64,000 nucleotides of DNA from Octopus sinensis. Lineage: Eukaryota. The stretch is from NCBI RefSeq assembly GCF_006345805.1, contig NC_042998.1:94364001-94428000 (forward strand). The letters are read 5' to 3'. The notes beneath the pieces are model-generated. The model saw only the letters and a program-made list of their open reading frames with translations, had not been told where the DNA came from and did no database searches. The number at the start of each line of letters is the position of its first letter. Within the stretch, counting starts at the first letter, position 1. Shown in pieces: positions 1 through 13,963 of the stretch. Made by a program: the position numbers and the translations under genes.

Positions 1-63
1 GCTGGTGTAAAGGTAATACAGTCGTGTTAACAAAGGGATGTGGGTTCAACTCCCATGCAGATA
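1..63 (+). pseudogene. tRNA-like fragment (degenerate tRNA or SINE head), 5' end outside window
   Basis: A-box-like TGGTGTAAAGG, D stem GTGT/ATAC, T arm GTGGG-TTCAACT-CCCAT. The anticodon arm does not pair and is 2-3 nt short. Confidence 0.4.
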
Positions 64-228
64 GGAAAGCCTTCTTTTTTCTGTCAAGGGCTTATATACC
101 CTTTTATTAGACTATTTTCCTTAGTCATTGCATGGTGATCACCAAAAGCTTTAAGCTTATAAAAATACCATTATTATTATTTACAGGATTGTAAAAACGG
201 TGCTGCATAAAAAAAAAACATTCACACC

Positions 229-269
<41 letters not shown>

Positions 270-1222
270 TATTTTGTACTTCATGGTAAAGTGGTTTTTT
301 TTTTTTTTTTGCAACACATAGAAACCATTACTGTAATGCTACCATTGTAAATAAATACCATTTTTTTTCTCCCTATAAACAAAGGAAACAGATCTATCTG
401 ACTAGATTCAAATCTCATTTGATTCTTATCTGAGATACAATACCATATGGTCTGTCTGAAAGGGAAATATAGCTATTAACTATATGCATAGTCACAAAAT
501 ATGGAGACTTTGCTTAACTGATCAGTTTGATTTGCATAAATAGTGCTATATTGGCAATATATCGATGTTAATTATGTGTTAAACTGCATTCATTCTCTTC
601 TATATCTACAGTGTAGTACAAGGTAAAGTAATTTAAATTAATTTAAGTAATTAATTTGAATAAATTACCAGTATATCACTATTTATATAAATCAAACTAA
701 TAGCTTGAGCGAACACCCTAACTTTAGTAACTGTTAGTTATATTTCTTTCCTAGAACAAATCCAGTAGTATCCTGTCATTGATTACCATCAATAAGATTT
801 GAAACCGGTCAGATAGATTTATTTTTGGTCCTTGGAGAGAAAGAAAAAGACATTTATTTGTAATTGTCAAAAGCTCCAATGTGCTGCAAAAAGAGTTTAT
901 TTCATACCATATTTGAAATACAGTAGCTTGTTGCAGTGTTGGTTTGAATGTCACAAAGTATTTACTCCACTTGAATTCAGTGTTCAAATTCCACAAAGGT
1001 AAACTTTGTCTTTCATCCTTTTTGGGAACACTATACATATATAAATTCTTATGTGAATAAATGCACACTTAGGTATACACATCTATGTTTTAACCAACTC
1101 AACCATATACTTACAAACACTGGGATCTCTCTTAACTCAAAAGGTCTTGTTGTTTGTTATTGAGAAACTTGAACTCTCTCAAGAAGAACTTAAATAAAAC
1201 TCAAAGAAAAATCATATATATG

Positions 1223-3310
1223 AGGGAGAGTCAAAAATTATACGCACTCTCATTTTTATAATGTACAGTGGTTGGACAAAATAATGGAAACACCTAGCAT
1301 CATAGCATCATAAGTTTGAAATATCTATAAAACCGTCAAAGTTTGTTTATTTTTATGTTCTTTGATGCAGAGCTTAATGACCACTTTGAGAATCCAGTTT
1401 CCACAAAAACTGTTTCTCAGGAGCTGTATAAAGCTGGATTTCATGGGAGGGTTGCAATCGGAAAAGCACTACTTTCAAAAACAAACATTGCAAAGTGTAA
1501 AGAGTAAAAATCTACAGAATTGGTCCCTAGAGCCATGGAAAAATGCTACTTTCTTGGACAAGTCATCCTTTACCTTATTTCCAACCACCAACCAAGTATA
1601 CAACTAAAAGAAACTTTTGACCCACACTGCCTTCTTCTAACTGTTAAACTGTGATGATCTGGTGGGGGCTATATCTTGGAAATTTGCCAGCACAATGGTT
1701 TCCCTTCATGGCAGAATTAATAGTCACGACTGTTTCATCATTTTATCTGATCAAATTCATCCTATGGTTGCAGAACTGTTTCTGGAGGGAAACGCAATAA
1801 TTCAGGATGATAATGCACCAATTCATACAGCTAAAGTTGTTACTGTAGCACGAAAAACATTCTAGTGAAGTTGAACATCTTTTCTGGCCACCACAGTCCC
1901 CAGATCTCAATATTATTAAACATTTATGGAGCATTTTAGAAAAACAAGTGAGGAGTCGATATTCTCTACCATCATCACTACAAGAACTGGAGACTGTTTT
2001 AGCTGAAGAATGGACAAAAATCCTTTTGGAAACAATTCAAACTTTGTACAAGTCCATGCCTTATAGAATTCAAGCTGTAATTACTGTTTCCATTATTTTG
2101 TCCAACCCCTGTATTTACACAAAAGCAGGAGATAAACAAGTACGTCATTTTTCTCTATAGTCTCTTTCCTTTTTAATGCACTTGGTCCAGTGTCCACAAG
2201 CTTGCATATTTCTTTCAAAAAGAAAGTTTACAGTTGGTTGTGCTAACATTTATGCATGGCTTCCTTCACATCTTCATCCATAGTTGACGACTTCATAAAC
2301 CATCTTTGAGTGGTCCAATATGATAGTTGGAAGGGGCAAGATCTAAGCTTTAGGCAAGGTGTTCCAACACCTTAAAACCCAATTGGTAGATTGTTTCAAC
2401 AATCTAGGCAGCCGTGTGTAGGTATACATTGTCATACCACAACAAAACTTTCTTCAACAATAAGTTTTGGTGTTTGGCATGAATTGCTGGCTTCAGTTTG
2501 TTGGCCAGCAAAGCACTGTATCTTGCACTGTTGATTGTACACCATCTTTCCAGGTAGTCTTCTAGTATAGGCCCTTTTGAGTCCCAATAAAGGGTTAGTA
2601 TCACCTTTCCCGTGGAAGACTGAGTTTTGAATTTCTTCATTACAGGTGAGCCTAGATGTTTCCACTCCATACTCTGTCTTCTGGATTCTGCCTCATAATA
2701 ATGGACCTACATTTCATCTGTGATTATTCCGCTCCTCACCCTCATGTAAACATTGGCAGACCTCAAGATGTTTGCCCTTGTGCTCTGCAGTAAGCTATCT
2801 TGGTACCCACCTTGCACAGACTCTATGGAAGTTGAGCTCATCATGGATGATTTGATAGGCAGAACCATGACTAATGTGCAGAGAATGAGCTACCTCATCG
2901 ATGATAACCTGCTGGTTCACCATTACCATCTCTTGAGCCTGCCAAATCTTCTTACCACTGGTGGAGGTTGATGGGCATCCTGCTCCCTCTTTGTGCATCA
3001 AGCTTGTTAGGCCACTTTTAAACTTCTTAATCCACTCATACACACTTCTATGCAGTAGTGCACTATCCCTGCTGCACCTGACTCACCTTTGGACTAGAGA
3101 AATCAGATCCCTGCTCTTTGCTCTTCTTTGGTGTACATCAATAGTGGAGCAGCGATGCTTACACTGTAAAGCCAGAAAGAAAAATTGCATGATCGGGCTC
3201 AAACTTCGATCATATGACCACAATAGTACCAACTATAAGCACACATGTGCAGAAGGCAGTGTGACAATAATAAAGATATGTTATGGCAAAAGTATGGATA
3301 ATTTTTATAT
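1223..3310 (-). mobile_element. Decayed mariner transposon, interrupted by a Tc1 insertion
   Basis: TIR-like TA|TGAGGGAGAGTCAAAAATTATACGCACT at 1221. Minus-strand fragments MYEWIKKFKSG...RVCARWVPR (2795-3043) and KVILTLYWDSKG...WYDNVYLHTAA (2404-2670). Right TIR is degenerate near 3293-3310. Confidence 0.8.
1266..2111 (+). mobile_element. Internally deleted Tc1 (DD34E-type) transposon
   Basis: TIRs CAGTGGTTGGACAAAATAATGGAAACA / TGTTTCCATTATTTTGTCCAACCCCTG flanked by TA on both sides. Motifs QDDNAPIHTAK and WPPQSPDLNII are present in broken frames. Confidence 0.9.
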
Positions 3311-3861
3311 ATTTTATATAATTTTATATATATGTGTGTATGCATGTGTGTGTGTATGTGTATGTGTGTGTGTGTGTGTAATATATGATATATATATATA
3401 TATATATATATATCTATATATATATATATCAGTTTCAATATATTGACCAGACTACCAAATGTTATATTATTAGACACCACCGATCAGAATGCACTTCCTT
3501 GCATTGTTCCAACATTGAAATGATGTTACCTTACCAGTGAGGCAGGGAGGCCAACATTGCTCCCCTAAATGGAATGCTAGACCATCTTGGGATTATCCAT
3601 TTATAGGTGAGTGGACTGGAGCAACTTGAAGAATCTAATGCCATGCCAGTCTGGGAATTGTAATCCTGATCTTGCAGTTATCAGTGCAACATCCTAACCA
3701 CAAAGCTACATATCTTCACATATATGCATATATATATATATTATATATATATATATACACATACACACATATATATAAAATTGAAACACATGTATATGCT
3801 GTATATAACCATGAAATAAATTCTGTGGATGTACAATTCTCCATACGCTTTATTGTTATTG

Positions 3862-3941
<80 letters not shown>

Positions 3942-4479
3942 CAAAGTTTGGATCTCCAAATTGAAATGGCTTTTTCTTGATGCAGTCATTGAACGATGTA
4001 ATCTGCAGGGTTGCACTGCTTAAGAATTGATCAAAGATTTTTCAATTAAAAAAATGGGTAGAAACATTTTAAAGTATAAAATAAAGTTTGTATGGAGGCA
4101 ACAATGAACATTATTTCACATCCTTTGATCCATGTATGCTGAAATGCTATGTAATTTCAAAGGTTACAAACCAATGGAACAAAAGATATAAAAGATGTTT
4201 TGTTAAGTATAAATAATGATTTTTTTTTTTTTTTTTTGAATTTCATTTTTCAAAAATTGATCACTAACATTGATTTCTGTTTAAAGAATCAAAATATCAT
4301 TTTCAAAGTTTTTGTATATTTATATATTATTCTCTTAAAATAGAAATTTTTTATTCTTAAATTAATTTAAAAAGTTGAAAATTCAAATTTTTTGTTTGTG
4401 ATTTTAAAAAAAATGTTGTTTATATTCTTTATTGCTATTTTATGTTAAATAAACAAAATTAAAAGACAGTTCATATAGT

Positions 4480-4990
4480 GCGGGCATAGCTATGTGGCAA
4501 GAGCCTTCCTTCCCAACCATATGGTTCCAGTTTCAGTTCCACCACATGGCATCTTGGACAAGTGTCTTCTACTATAGCCTCAAGTGGATTTGGTAGACAT
4601 AAATTGAAAGAAGCCCATCATATATATATGTATATATGTGTGTGTGTATGTGTGTGTGTGCGTGAGTATGTTGTGTGTGTATGTGTGTGTGTGTGTGTCT
4701 CTCTCTCTCTCTTTGTGTTTGTGCTTTCCCCTACCACTGCTTGACAATCAGTGTTGGTTTGTTTACTTCCCTGTGACTTAATGGTTTGGCAAAAGAGACC
4801 ACTAGAATAAGTAGCAAGCTTAAAAAAGATAAGTGCTGTAGTTATTTCATTATATATATAAAAGTGAAACATGTGTAGCCATTATAATATGCTGTATATA
4901 ACTATAAGATAAATTTTGTAGATGTGCAAATCTCCATCCAGCATGGCCGTAGTCTAATGACTGAAACAAATAAAAGATAAAAAGAGTAAA
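4480..4990 (+). mobile_element. tRNA-derived SINE, major family, with internal (TG)n
   Basis: Head ...GGCATCTTGGACAAGTGTCTTCTACTATAGCC... and tail CCAGCATGGCCGTAGTCTAATGACTGAAACAA, shared with more than ten copies in the window. Confidence 0.75.
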
Positions 4991-5505
4991 ATATTGAGGG
5001 TTTAACCTTGGATAATACTCTGAAGGATAGGTTTAAAAAAGACTGTATAATCTTGAAACAGGGGAGTTATTTCTTTTTAGATTAGTTTAAAAAATTGAAT
5101 TCACATTTTTTTTTGTGTTGTGTAATTAAAAAAGAAGTTGTTAATATTCTTCACTGTTATTTTGTGTTAAATAAATAAAATTAACAGACAGTTTTATATA
5201 TTATAGTAGAGGGTATAATGTGTAAGTTAGGATGATGCCCTCAGGGACGGGCTTGAAAAAACTACATTTTTAATCTTGAAATAGTGAGGTTATTTTGTTT
5301 TTAATTAATATAAAAAGTTGAAATTTCACTTTTTTTCTGTCATACAGTTATGAAAACAAATACATTGTTTATATGTGAAATCAGCTAGTGGGTGGTTAGT
5401 ACAAGGGAGATAATTATTTTTTTCATAATATTTGGTGGGATTAGAAGTTTGAATTTAAAATTAAGGAATAAGAAATAAGATGAGTAGGATATATATATAT
5501 ATATA

Positions 5506-6380
5506 CTGGGTCATCCTATAAGTAATGCAGTTTTTTTCAATTGCATGCTCTAAAAGTTAGACAGGTATGGGATAAACTACCTGCAGCAACTTGCTATAAA
5601 AGCAGGTAGTAAATTTGCCTTGTACTTATTCATAGTGCAAGTTTTGAAGAGTGCAGTTCGATTTGAACAGTTATTTTTTCAAAGCTATAATGGAAGTGAC
5701 AAAGGAGCGTATTCAGCATATTTTGCTTTATAAGTTCAATAAAGGCGACAATGCAATGGAAAGTGTGAGGAATATTAATACAGTATATGGTGACTGGACA
5801 ATAGGTGTAAGCCAGTGTCAACAATGGTTCTAGAAATTCTAAGCTGGAAACTACAACCTAGAAGACAAGCCTCATCCTGGAAGATTTGTAGAGCTCAATG
5901 AAGATGTCCTGCAAACCCTGGTAGAACAAAATCCCATTGAAGGAGTAGCAGAGAAGCTTGGATTGGATCACTCAACCATTCATTGACACCTGTATGCCAT
6001 TGGAAAAATCGGCAAATTGGGTCATTGGATTCCTCACAAACTTTCTAAGTCTAATCGCACACAGAGAGTGAATGTGTGCCCTTCTATGCTGTCATGTCTT
6101 ACGAATGAACCTTTTTTGGACTGAATAGTGACTGATGATTATCTATAAAAATGTCAAGCACCGAAGATAGTGGATAGAGAAAGAAGAAACATCAGCATCC
6201 CAGCCTAAGGAAGGTCTTCACCCACATAAGGTGTTGTTATCTGTTTGGTGGAATATGAAAGGCTTAGTCCACTCTGAACTTTTAAACTCGAATCAAATGA
6301 TAACAAAGGAGACATACTTTTTTTATCTTAATTTTTAAAAATAAAAGAAGCATAAAAACATTATTTATGGGATGACCCAG
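5506..6380 (+). mobile_element. Internally deleted mariner transposon
   Basis: TIRs TA|CTGGGTCATCCTATAAGTAATG and CATTATTTATGGGATGACCCAG|TA. N-terminal transposase MEVTKERIQHILLYKFNKGDNA...SQCQQWF, then HTH2 and WIPHKL-like sequence with stops. Confidence 0.88.
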
Positions 6381-6404
6381 TATATATATTTATACCTATC
6401 ATCC

Positions 6405-6795
6405 TTCATTTTTTACTTGTTTCAGTCAGTAGACTGCAACCATGCTCTTTGAAGAATTTTTAGTTAAATGAATCAATCTCAGAACTTTTTCTTAACCTAC
6501 TGGTCTCTTTTGTCAAACCACTAAGTTACAAGGATGTAAACACACCAACACTGGTTGCAAAGCAGCAGTGGGGACAAACACACACACAAACACACACACA
6601 CACGCACATACACACACACACACACACATTTATACAATGGGCTTCCTTCAATTTCCATCTGCTAAATCCATTCACAAAGCTTTGATTGGTTCAAGGTTAT
6701 AGTAGAAAACACTTGCCTAAAGTACCATACTGTGAGCCTGAACCCAGAACCATGGGGTTGGGAAACAAACTTCTTACCACACATCTACCCCTCTG
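6405..6795 (-). mobile_element. tRNA-derived SINE, major family
   Basis: Reverse complement of the head and tail seen at 10449-10860. Confidence 0.75.
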
Positions 6796-7019
6796 CACCT
6801 TCATATATATTTTTTTGTTTTTGTTTATTTATAACAAAGTTCTTAAAACTTCTAGATTCTGACAGTCACTACTGTTTAGTGTCATATATATAAAATAAAG
6901 GAACAATGGAGTTGGGTGTGTAGTCTAGGGTGATACCCTTGGGATGGGATGGAAAAAGCCTGAATTCTTAATCTATTATTTCACATCAAACACTTATGTC
7001 TTAACGTTTTTTTTTTTTT

Positions 7020-7610
7020 TCAGGTAGCCAAGAGAGGTTCACAGAAAAATTACAATGGATTTTCCTTCAGTTAAATTCAATTCTTCTTTTCAAAATCAGG
7101 AGATAGCTACTAAATACTTGATCAACAAAAAAGATAAGGATGTCTCTAAACCACTGCTCTTTGACAGAAAGTGTTGATTATGCCATATCAGTTTGGAAGA
7201 TATTACTCATATCATCAGCAGCTACCCAAAAATGTCAGCAAGATATTACCTTTCCATGAGACATGACATTGTCACTGAAATTGTCTCCAATGCAACACAG
7301 AGAACAGATTGTCCTGAAAGTGATACCAAGGGCACACCAGAACTAAAAAGTATCAACACGTTCAAAAATAAAGAATACCGGCAGAATATTCCAATAAAAC
7401 AACGGCCTGATGTAAGCACAGCAAGCCAGATATGGTAGTATGGACAGTGAGCAAAAGTTGTGCACCATTTTAGAGATCAATGAATGTGAATGTCTCTTCG
7501 AAAGTTGGAGAAAAGGGTAACATCTATGGACAACCGAAAAGAAACTTACAGCTTTTTTATCCAGGCTATAGATTTTCATAAGTTATTTGGTGACCTCACT
7601 GTTGTTACTG
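7020..7610 (+). pseudogene. Non-LTR retrotransposon remnant with restriction-like endonuclease (R2/R4/NeSL-type C-terminus)
   Basis: EDITHIISSYPKMSARYYLSMRHDIV matches the CCHC knuckle plus RHD motif. Downstream broken frames give a PDMVVW..EQKLCTILEI PD-(D/E)xK-like motif. Confidence 0.75.
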
Positions 7611-7800
7611 CCATATAAAACATACCGAATACACACTGTAAAATGGTTGGCCTTAGGAGGGGCCATAGAAACCATACCTTGGCAGACAGTGGATCTTGGT
7701 ATATTCTTCTGATTTGCTGGTCCCTGTCAAACTGTTCAACTGACGCCAGCATGGAAAGCAGACATTAAATGATGATGCGGATGATGATCATCATCATCAT
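7610..7800 (+). mobile_element. RTE-type 3' tail fragment (LINE end or RTE-tailed SINE)
   Basis: Ends CCAGCATGGAAAGCAGACATTAAATGATGATG, the same tail as at 17000-17245, 19440-19645 and 25421. Confidence 0.6.
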
Positions 7801-8372
7801 TGGTGCACAACAGATTTGCACAGGAGGCTAAAAATGCATGAGTTCTTCCAAAAAAGGACAGTGAGGACTGATTTTTTAATTTTTTATTTCAGTAGCCATA
7901 TGTAAAACTAAAATATAGTATTTACAAAGAAGAGGACAAAAAGTTCTTAAGAAGGGAATGAAGTGGTTTATCATTGAGAAAGCACTATTCAGGCTAGTGA
8001 GGCCATCGAGAAGGAAAATAGTCAAAAGACACCATCCTTTTCATGACAGCCTCTAAAAGGAGTACTTTATGTATTTATTTTCCCATTTTATTCACAAATT
8101 TAAAAATATGTTTTTAATATTACTAAATATGGTAGGGTTTGCATATTCTTATACAGTAGATTGGAAGAACAACAAAAATTTGTAAAAACATTTCAGGAAT
8201 TTTCCATCTGAGGTCTTAGGTGAATGTATGCCCACAGTCACATATAAAATATGGAATGCATACAAAGGTATACACACAAACAGTAACAAAACATACATTT
8301 GTATTCTATTATTACACACACACAACCATGAATACAGTTTATCCATATGTACACACACACACATGCACGCAT

Positions 8373-8414
<42 letters not shown>

Positions 8415-8821
8415 ACACAAATACAGGTAGCTATAAAATCTAAGAGCTATCTTGGCTGAAACAAAAGAGCCTGTCCACTTTGTTTGTGACTGGCTTGAAC
8501 ACTGCAGAGGAAAAAAAAACTTTAAATAAATCCTAAAGATACATTTATATATACATTTATGTACACACATAAGCATACATTTACATACATATGTATATAC
8601 ATATATATACATGTGTGTGTGTTCGTGTGTGTGTGTATGTGTGCTCAAGTATGTGTGAGTGCATATGTTCATGTGTGTGTGTGCTTGTGTGCATGTGTAA
8701 GTATGTCATTGTTCAATTTTATTTCAAGATTTCTTGCCAATAGAGAAAGACCTGGTTTCTAACCTAGATTCGAAGCTCCTTCATTGGAATTTCAACATCA
8801 ACAAGGTATTTTTGTTCGTTT

Positions 8822-9056
8822 GTCTGTCTGTCTGTCTGTCTGTATGTATGTATGTATGTATGTATGTATGTATGTATGTATGTATGTATGTATGTATGTA
8901 TGTATGTATGTATGTATGTATGTATGCATGTATGCAAGCATGTAAGTATGTATGTATGTATGCAAGCATGTAAGTATGTATGTATGTATGTATGTAAGTA
9001 TGTATGTATGTATGTACATATGTATGTATGTGTATGTATGTATGTATGTATGTATA
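8822..9056. repeat. (TCTG)n/(TATG)n microsatellite
   Basis: Read directly from the sequence; it explains the MYVC/YIHT pseudo-ORFs. Confidence 0.97.
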
Positions 9057-9144
9057 AATGTGCACATATACATAAACACACACACACACATATATATGTG
9101 TGTGTGTGTGAGCATATGTGTGTGTGTTATGCATATATACACTG

Positions 9145-10415
9145 CACTATTAACTCGCAAAATGCTCTGCAGCCTGCGTATACAGGACCTAAAGGCACTG
9201 CAATCCCAAAGTCACAGGCTGTGAAAGACTTAGGAATCAGTAAGTGCAATGATGCATCATTTCATAAGCACATTACCAAGATGGCAGCAAAGTGCAGACA
9301 ACTGGCAGGATGGATACTAAGGCCCTTCAAGACAAGAGTCCAAGAAGTTATGTTGACCCTGTGGAGGACCTTTGTTCTCAGCCACCTGGACTACTGCTCT
9401 CAACTATGGTCACACATAGTGCCAAACTAACAGTGGAGCTTGAAGCAGTCCAACATCATGACATTAAAAAGATTGAAACAGTGCAGCAGATGAGCTACAG
9501 GAAGAGGCTGAAAAAAACTGTCTTCACTCCCTGGAGCAAAGGCATGACAGATATGTAACATATGTAAAATTCTAGAAAGACTAGTACCTAATTTCGACAA
9601 AGAATGTTACACAGATACCAGAAATAGATGCCATTGTATTGAACCAAAGGTACCATCCACTCCTTCTAAATTCAGGACCAGGTATTGCAATAACCTGCCA
9701 CAAAATTAAGAAACCTGAGAACATAGGCATAGAAGTGGCTGTGTGGTAAGTAGCTTGCTTACCAACCACATAGTTCTGGGTTCAGTCCCACTGCATGGCA
9801 CCATGGGCAAGTTCTTCTACTATAGCTTCGGGCCGACCAAAGTCTTGCGAGTGAATTTGGTAGACAGAAACTGAAAGAATCCCGTCGTATATATGTATAT
9901 ATATACGTACATGTGTGTATATGTTTGTGTGTCAGTGTTTGTCCCCCCAACATCGCTTGACAACTGATGCTGGTGTGTTTACATCCCCGTAATTTTGCAG
10001 TTCAGCAAAAGAGACTGATAGAATAAGTACTAGGCTTACAAAGAATAATTAGTCCTGGGGTCGATTTGCTTGACTAAAGGCGGTGCTCCAGCATGACCAC
10101 AGTCAAATGACTGAAACAAGTAAAAGCGAAAAGAGAAAATGTGGATGTAGATATCTTCAAATAGGAACTAGACATCATCCTCGCCACAATACCAGATGAA
10201 CTGATATTACAACGTGAAATACAGATGAGGGCAATGGAATTAAACTCCCTTATACACCAAATGGGCCAACAGCTTGAGCAAAAGCACATACAGGAGTGGT
10301 GATGTGAAACCTCTCCAGCCTGAGGAAATCAACCAAAGAACAATCTTAACAGTGCAAAACCATGGTGGTGCTCCAGCATGATCATGGCCACATGGCTGAA
10401 ACAAATAAAGAAATA
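9145..10415 (+). mobile_element. 5'-truncated CR1/L2-group LINE (RT C-terminus and 3' UTR), split by a SINE
   Basis: AVKDLGI...SFHKHITKMAAKCRQLAGWILRPFKTRVQEVMLTLWRTFVLSHLDYCSQLWS. The sequence resumes after 10130 and ends GGTGCTCCAGCATG...GGCTGAAACAAATAAAG. Confidence 0.8.
9725..10130 (+). mobile_element. tRNA-derived SINE, major family, inserted in the LINE
   Basis: GTGGCTGTGTGGTAAGTAGCTTGC head, GGGTTCAGTCCC B box, tail GGTGCTCCAGCATGACCACAGTCAAATGACTGAAACAAGTAAAAG. Confidence 0.9.
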
Positions 10416-10448
10416 TATATATATTTATGTATCTATATTTATATATAT

Positions 10449-10860
10449 AGGCGTAGGAGTGGCTGTGTGGTAAGTAGCTTGCTAACCAACCACATGGTCC
10501 CGGGTTCAGTCCCACCGCGTGGCATCTTGGGCAAGTGTCTTCTACTATAGCCCCGGGCCGACCAATGCCTTGTGAGTGGATTTGGTAGACGGAAACTGAA
10601 AGAAGCCTGTCGTATATATGTATATATTGTATGTATGTGTGGTGTTTGTGTGTCTGCTGTGTTTGTCCCCCTAGCATTGCTTGACAACCGATGCTGGTGT
10701 GTTTACGTCCCCATAACTTAGCGGTTCGGCAAAAAGAGACCAATAGATTAAGTACTGGGCTTACAAAGGATAAGTCCCGGGGTCGAGTTGCTCGACTAAA
10801 GGCGGTGCTCCAGCATGGCCGCAGTCAAAATGACTGAAACAAGTAAAAGAAAGAAAGAAA
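10449..10860 (+). mobile_element. tRNA-derived SINE, major family, well-preserved copy
   Basis: Full head, internal microsatellite and tail, with most CpGs intact. Confidence 0.9.
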
Positions 10861-10861
10861 G

Positions 10862-10902
<41 letters not shown>

Positions 10903-11079
10903 TATATATACGTACACACACACAGACAGTCAAAAAGAAAGACTGACTGACAAAGAAAATGGAGTAATGTAACAATTAGATACTTAGACAGACAGACAGA
11001 TAAATATATATGTTTTAAAGCCAATTATTAAATCCAGCGCATTGTGAATTAGAAAGTAAAATGTAATTAATCATTTCTA

Positions 11080-11152
11080 AATTTCAAAAATAAAAATGTT
11101 TAGATACATACATATATATTAGGACAACTAAACACCCAGATAGATAGATAGT

Positions 11153-11240
<88 letters not shown>

Positions 11241-11840
11241 AACATGTACATATACATATATGCACATGTACATATGCATATGAACAAGCAAACAGACACA
11301 CATACACATGTATATATATGTGTGTTTGTGGGTATTATATATATATAAATATATATACACACAGACATATATACATGCTTATGTATATGTATGTATGAGT
11401 ATATATATATATATATATTATGTGTGTGTATATACATATATATATATGTGTGTGTGCGTATATATATATATACATGTATTGCTATGCCAGCATATATGTA
11501 TTTGCATTTATATAATCATTAATAGTAAAACAGTTCAGATACATACACACACATATATATATACGCATATAGGTCTTCTATACAATACACAAATTCAAGA
11601 ATACATTCAGATATTGAAATAAATCTGTATGTATGTATGAATGTATGTATGCTTACTGCATGCATGCATGTATGTGTGTATATATATATGTATGTATGTA
11701 TGTATGTGTGTGCATGTATGTATAAGTATAATATGCATTTACATTTATTTACACACACACGCATATATATAACACATATAGATACAATATATGTATATAT
11801 GTATATATGATATATAAGTATGTATATATATATATATAAG

Positions 11841-11902
<62 letters not shown>

Positions 11903-12185
11903 TTATCCAAAATGAAAACACAAAGGGACAACACAACAACGCAAGGACATGGAACAAGTATAGTGTTATTGGACGCTCAGGAAAGGAAAGAAAGAAGGAG
12001 GATATATATATATGTACATATACATATATATAATATCTATATATATATATACATATATGTATGTATATACCTACAACCATACCTACATATATATATATGT
12101 ATATATCTATATCTATGTGTGTGTATGTATATATATACACATATATACATATACATATATGTATATGTATGCACCACACACATGC

Positions 12186-12216
<31 letters not shown>

Positions 12217-12259
12217 TATATACATATATATACGTATAGTACATATACATATAAAATGC

Positions 12260-12303
<44 letters not shown>

Positions 12304-12571
12304 TACACACACATATATATATATATATATATGTATATAATATATGTATATATATATATGTATGCATGTATATATATATATATATGTGTGTGTTATATAT
12401 ATATGCATGTATGTATATACATGTGTGTGTGTGTGTGCATACATATACATATATGTATATGTATATATGTGTATATATATACATGCACACACACATAGAT
12501 ATAGATATATACATAAATATATATATGTAGGTATGGTTGTAGGTACATACATACATATATGTATATATGTA

Positions 12572-12608
<37 letters not shown>

Positions 12609-12848
12609 CATATATATATATACATATTATATATACATATATACATATACATATATATATATACATACACATATATATATATACATACACATATATATAT
12701 ACATACCATATATACATATATATATATACATATATATATATACATATATACATTATATATACATATATATATATACATATAATATATACAATATATATAA
12801 TCATAATATATATATATATATATATACATATATAATATATATACACAC

Positions 12849-12879
<31 letters not shown>

Positions 12880-13164
12880 CATATATACATATACATATAT
12901 AATATATACATATACACATATATATATATACATATATATACATATAGATATAATACATATAGACACTATATATATATACATATATATATATACATATATA
13001 TATAATATAATATATACATATATATATACATATATATATACATATATTATATACAATATATATACATATATATATATACATATATATATACATTATATAT
13101 ATACATATATATATATCATATATATATATACATATATATATATATACACATATATATATATATA

Positions 13165-13217
<53 letters not shown>

Positions 13218-13218
13218 G

Positions 13219-13263
<45 letters not shown>

Positions 13264-13300
13264 TCCTTATATATATAATATATATATATATATATACCCT
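11080..13300. repeat. Compound (TA)n/(TACA)n/(GATA)n microsatellite field
   Basis: Read directly from the sequence. The long YIYI ORFs are artefacts of it. Confidence 0.97.
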
Positions 13301-13769
13301 AATGAACCAGTGTTTATCATATATGTATTTTCTGAAGTTCATTATTTTATTCATTTCATAGAATCAACAGTATTTCTTAGTTTTTCTCTTTGAAACACTT
13401 TCCCATATATTATTTGCTTCTTGGTAATTGAAGACAGCCCGTTGATTCTAAATATACACTGTTCAGCTCCAGGTTGCTCTAAATTCAGTGTTTTCAGAAA
13501 TAGCCAAACTGTATGTTGTCTTGTACATGATGCCATTTTACACTGGCAACCTCTGGAAATGAGTTTGCTTACTATAATTATTGTATATTATTGTATTTTG
13601 CCCATGCATTTACTTAGATATCTAGATATTATGTAACAGATATATGGAAATATGTGGTATCTGTTTGAAGAAAGTATATATATGTTTGGTGTACATGTGA
13701 ATGTGTGTGTGTGTGTGTGTGTGTGTATACATGAAATAAATAAACAGACAGACAGACAGACAGACAGGT

Positions 13770-13813
<44 letters not shown>

Positions 13814-13963
13814 GAAGAGTCTGTCAATAATGTGTCAACCATTCCTAATTCGCAAGTTTTTTCTTAATATATTTTTCTTCATACATGTGTGTTGTATATT
13901 TACACGCACACACACACACACATATGTATGTTGTACGTCTACGTATATATACATACACAGACA

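Noticed and set aside
5020-5300. Hammerhead-like TTGAAAA...TCTTGAAA motifs in dispersed 200 bp AT-rich repeats (4.3, 5.05 and 5.25 kb)
   Set aside because: Stem I cannot be formed in either copy. These may be old pLTR units but are unsupported.
11745-13354. Long ORFs of 140-339 aa (YIYI/HTHT-rich), and similar ones throughout the window
   Set aside because: They are translations of dinucleotide and tetranucleotide microsatellites that lack stop codons by construction.
13351-13636. Non-repetitive 61-71 aa ORFs on both strands (also 22449-22664 and 57917-58111)
   Set aside because: They have no recognisable domain and no convincing pair of splice sites. They cannot be called without RNA data.
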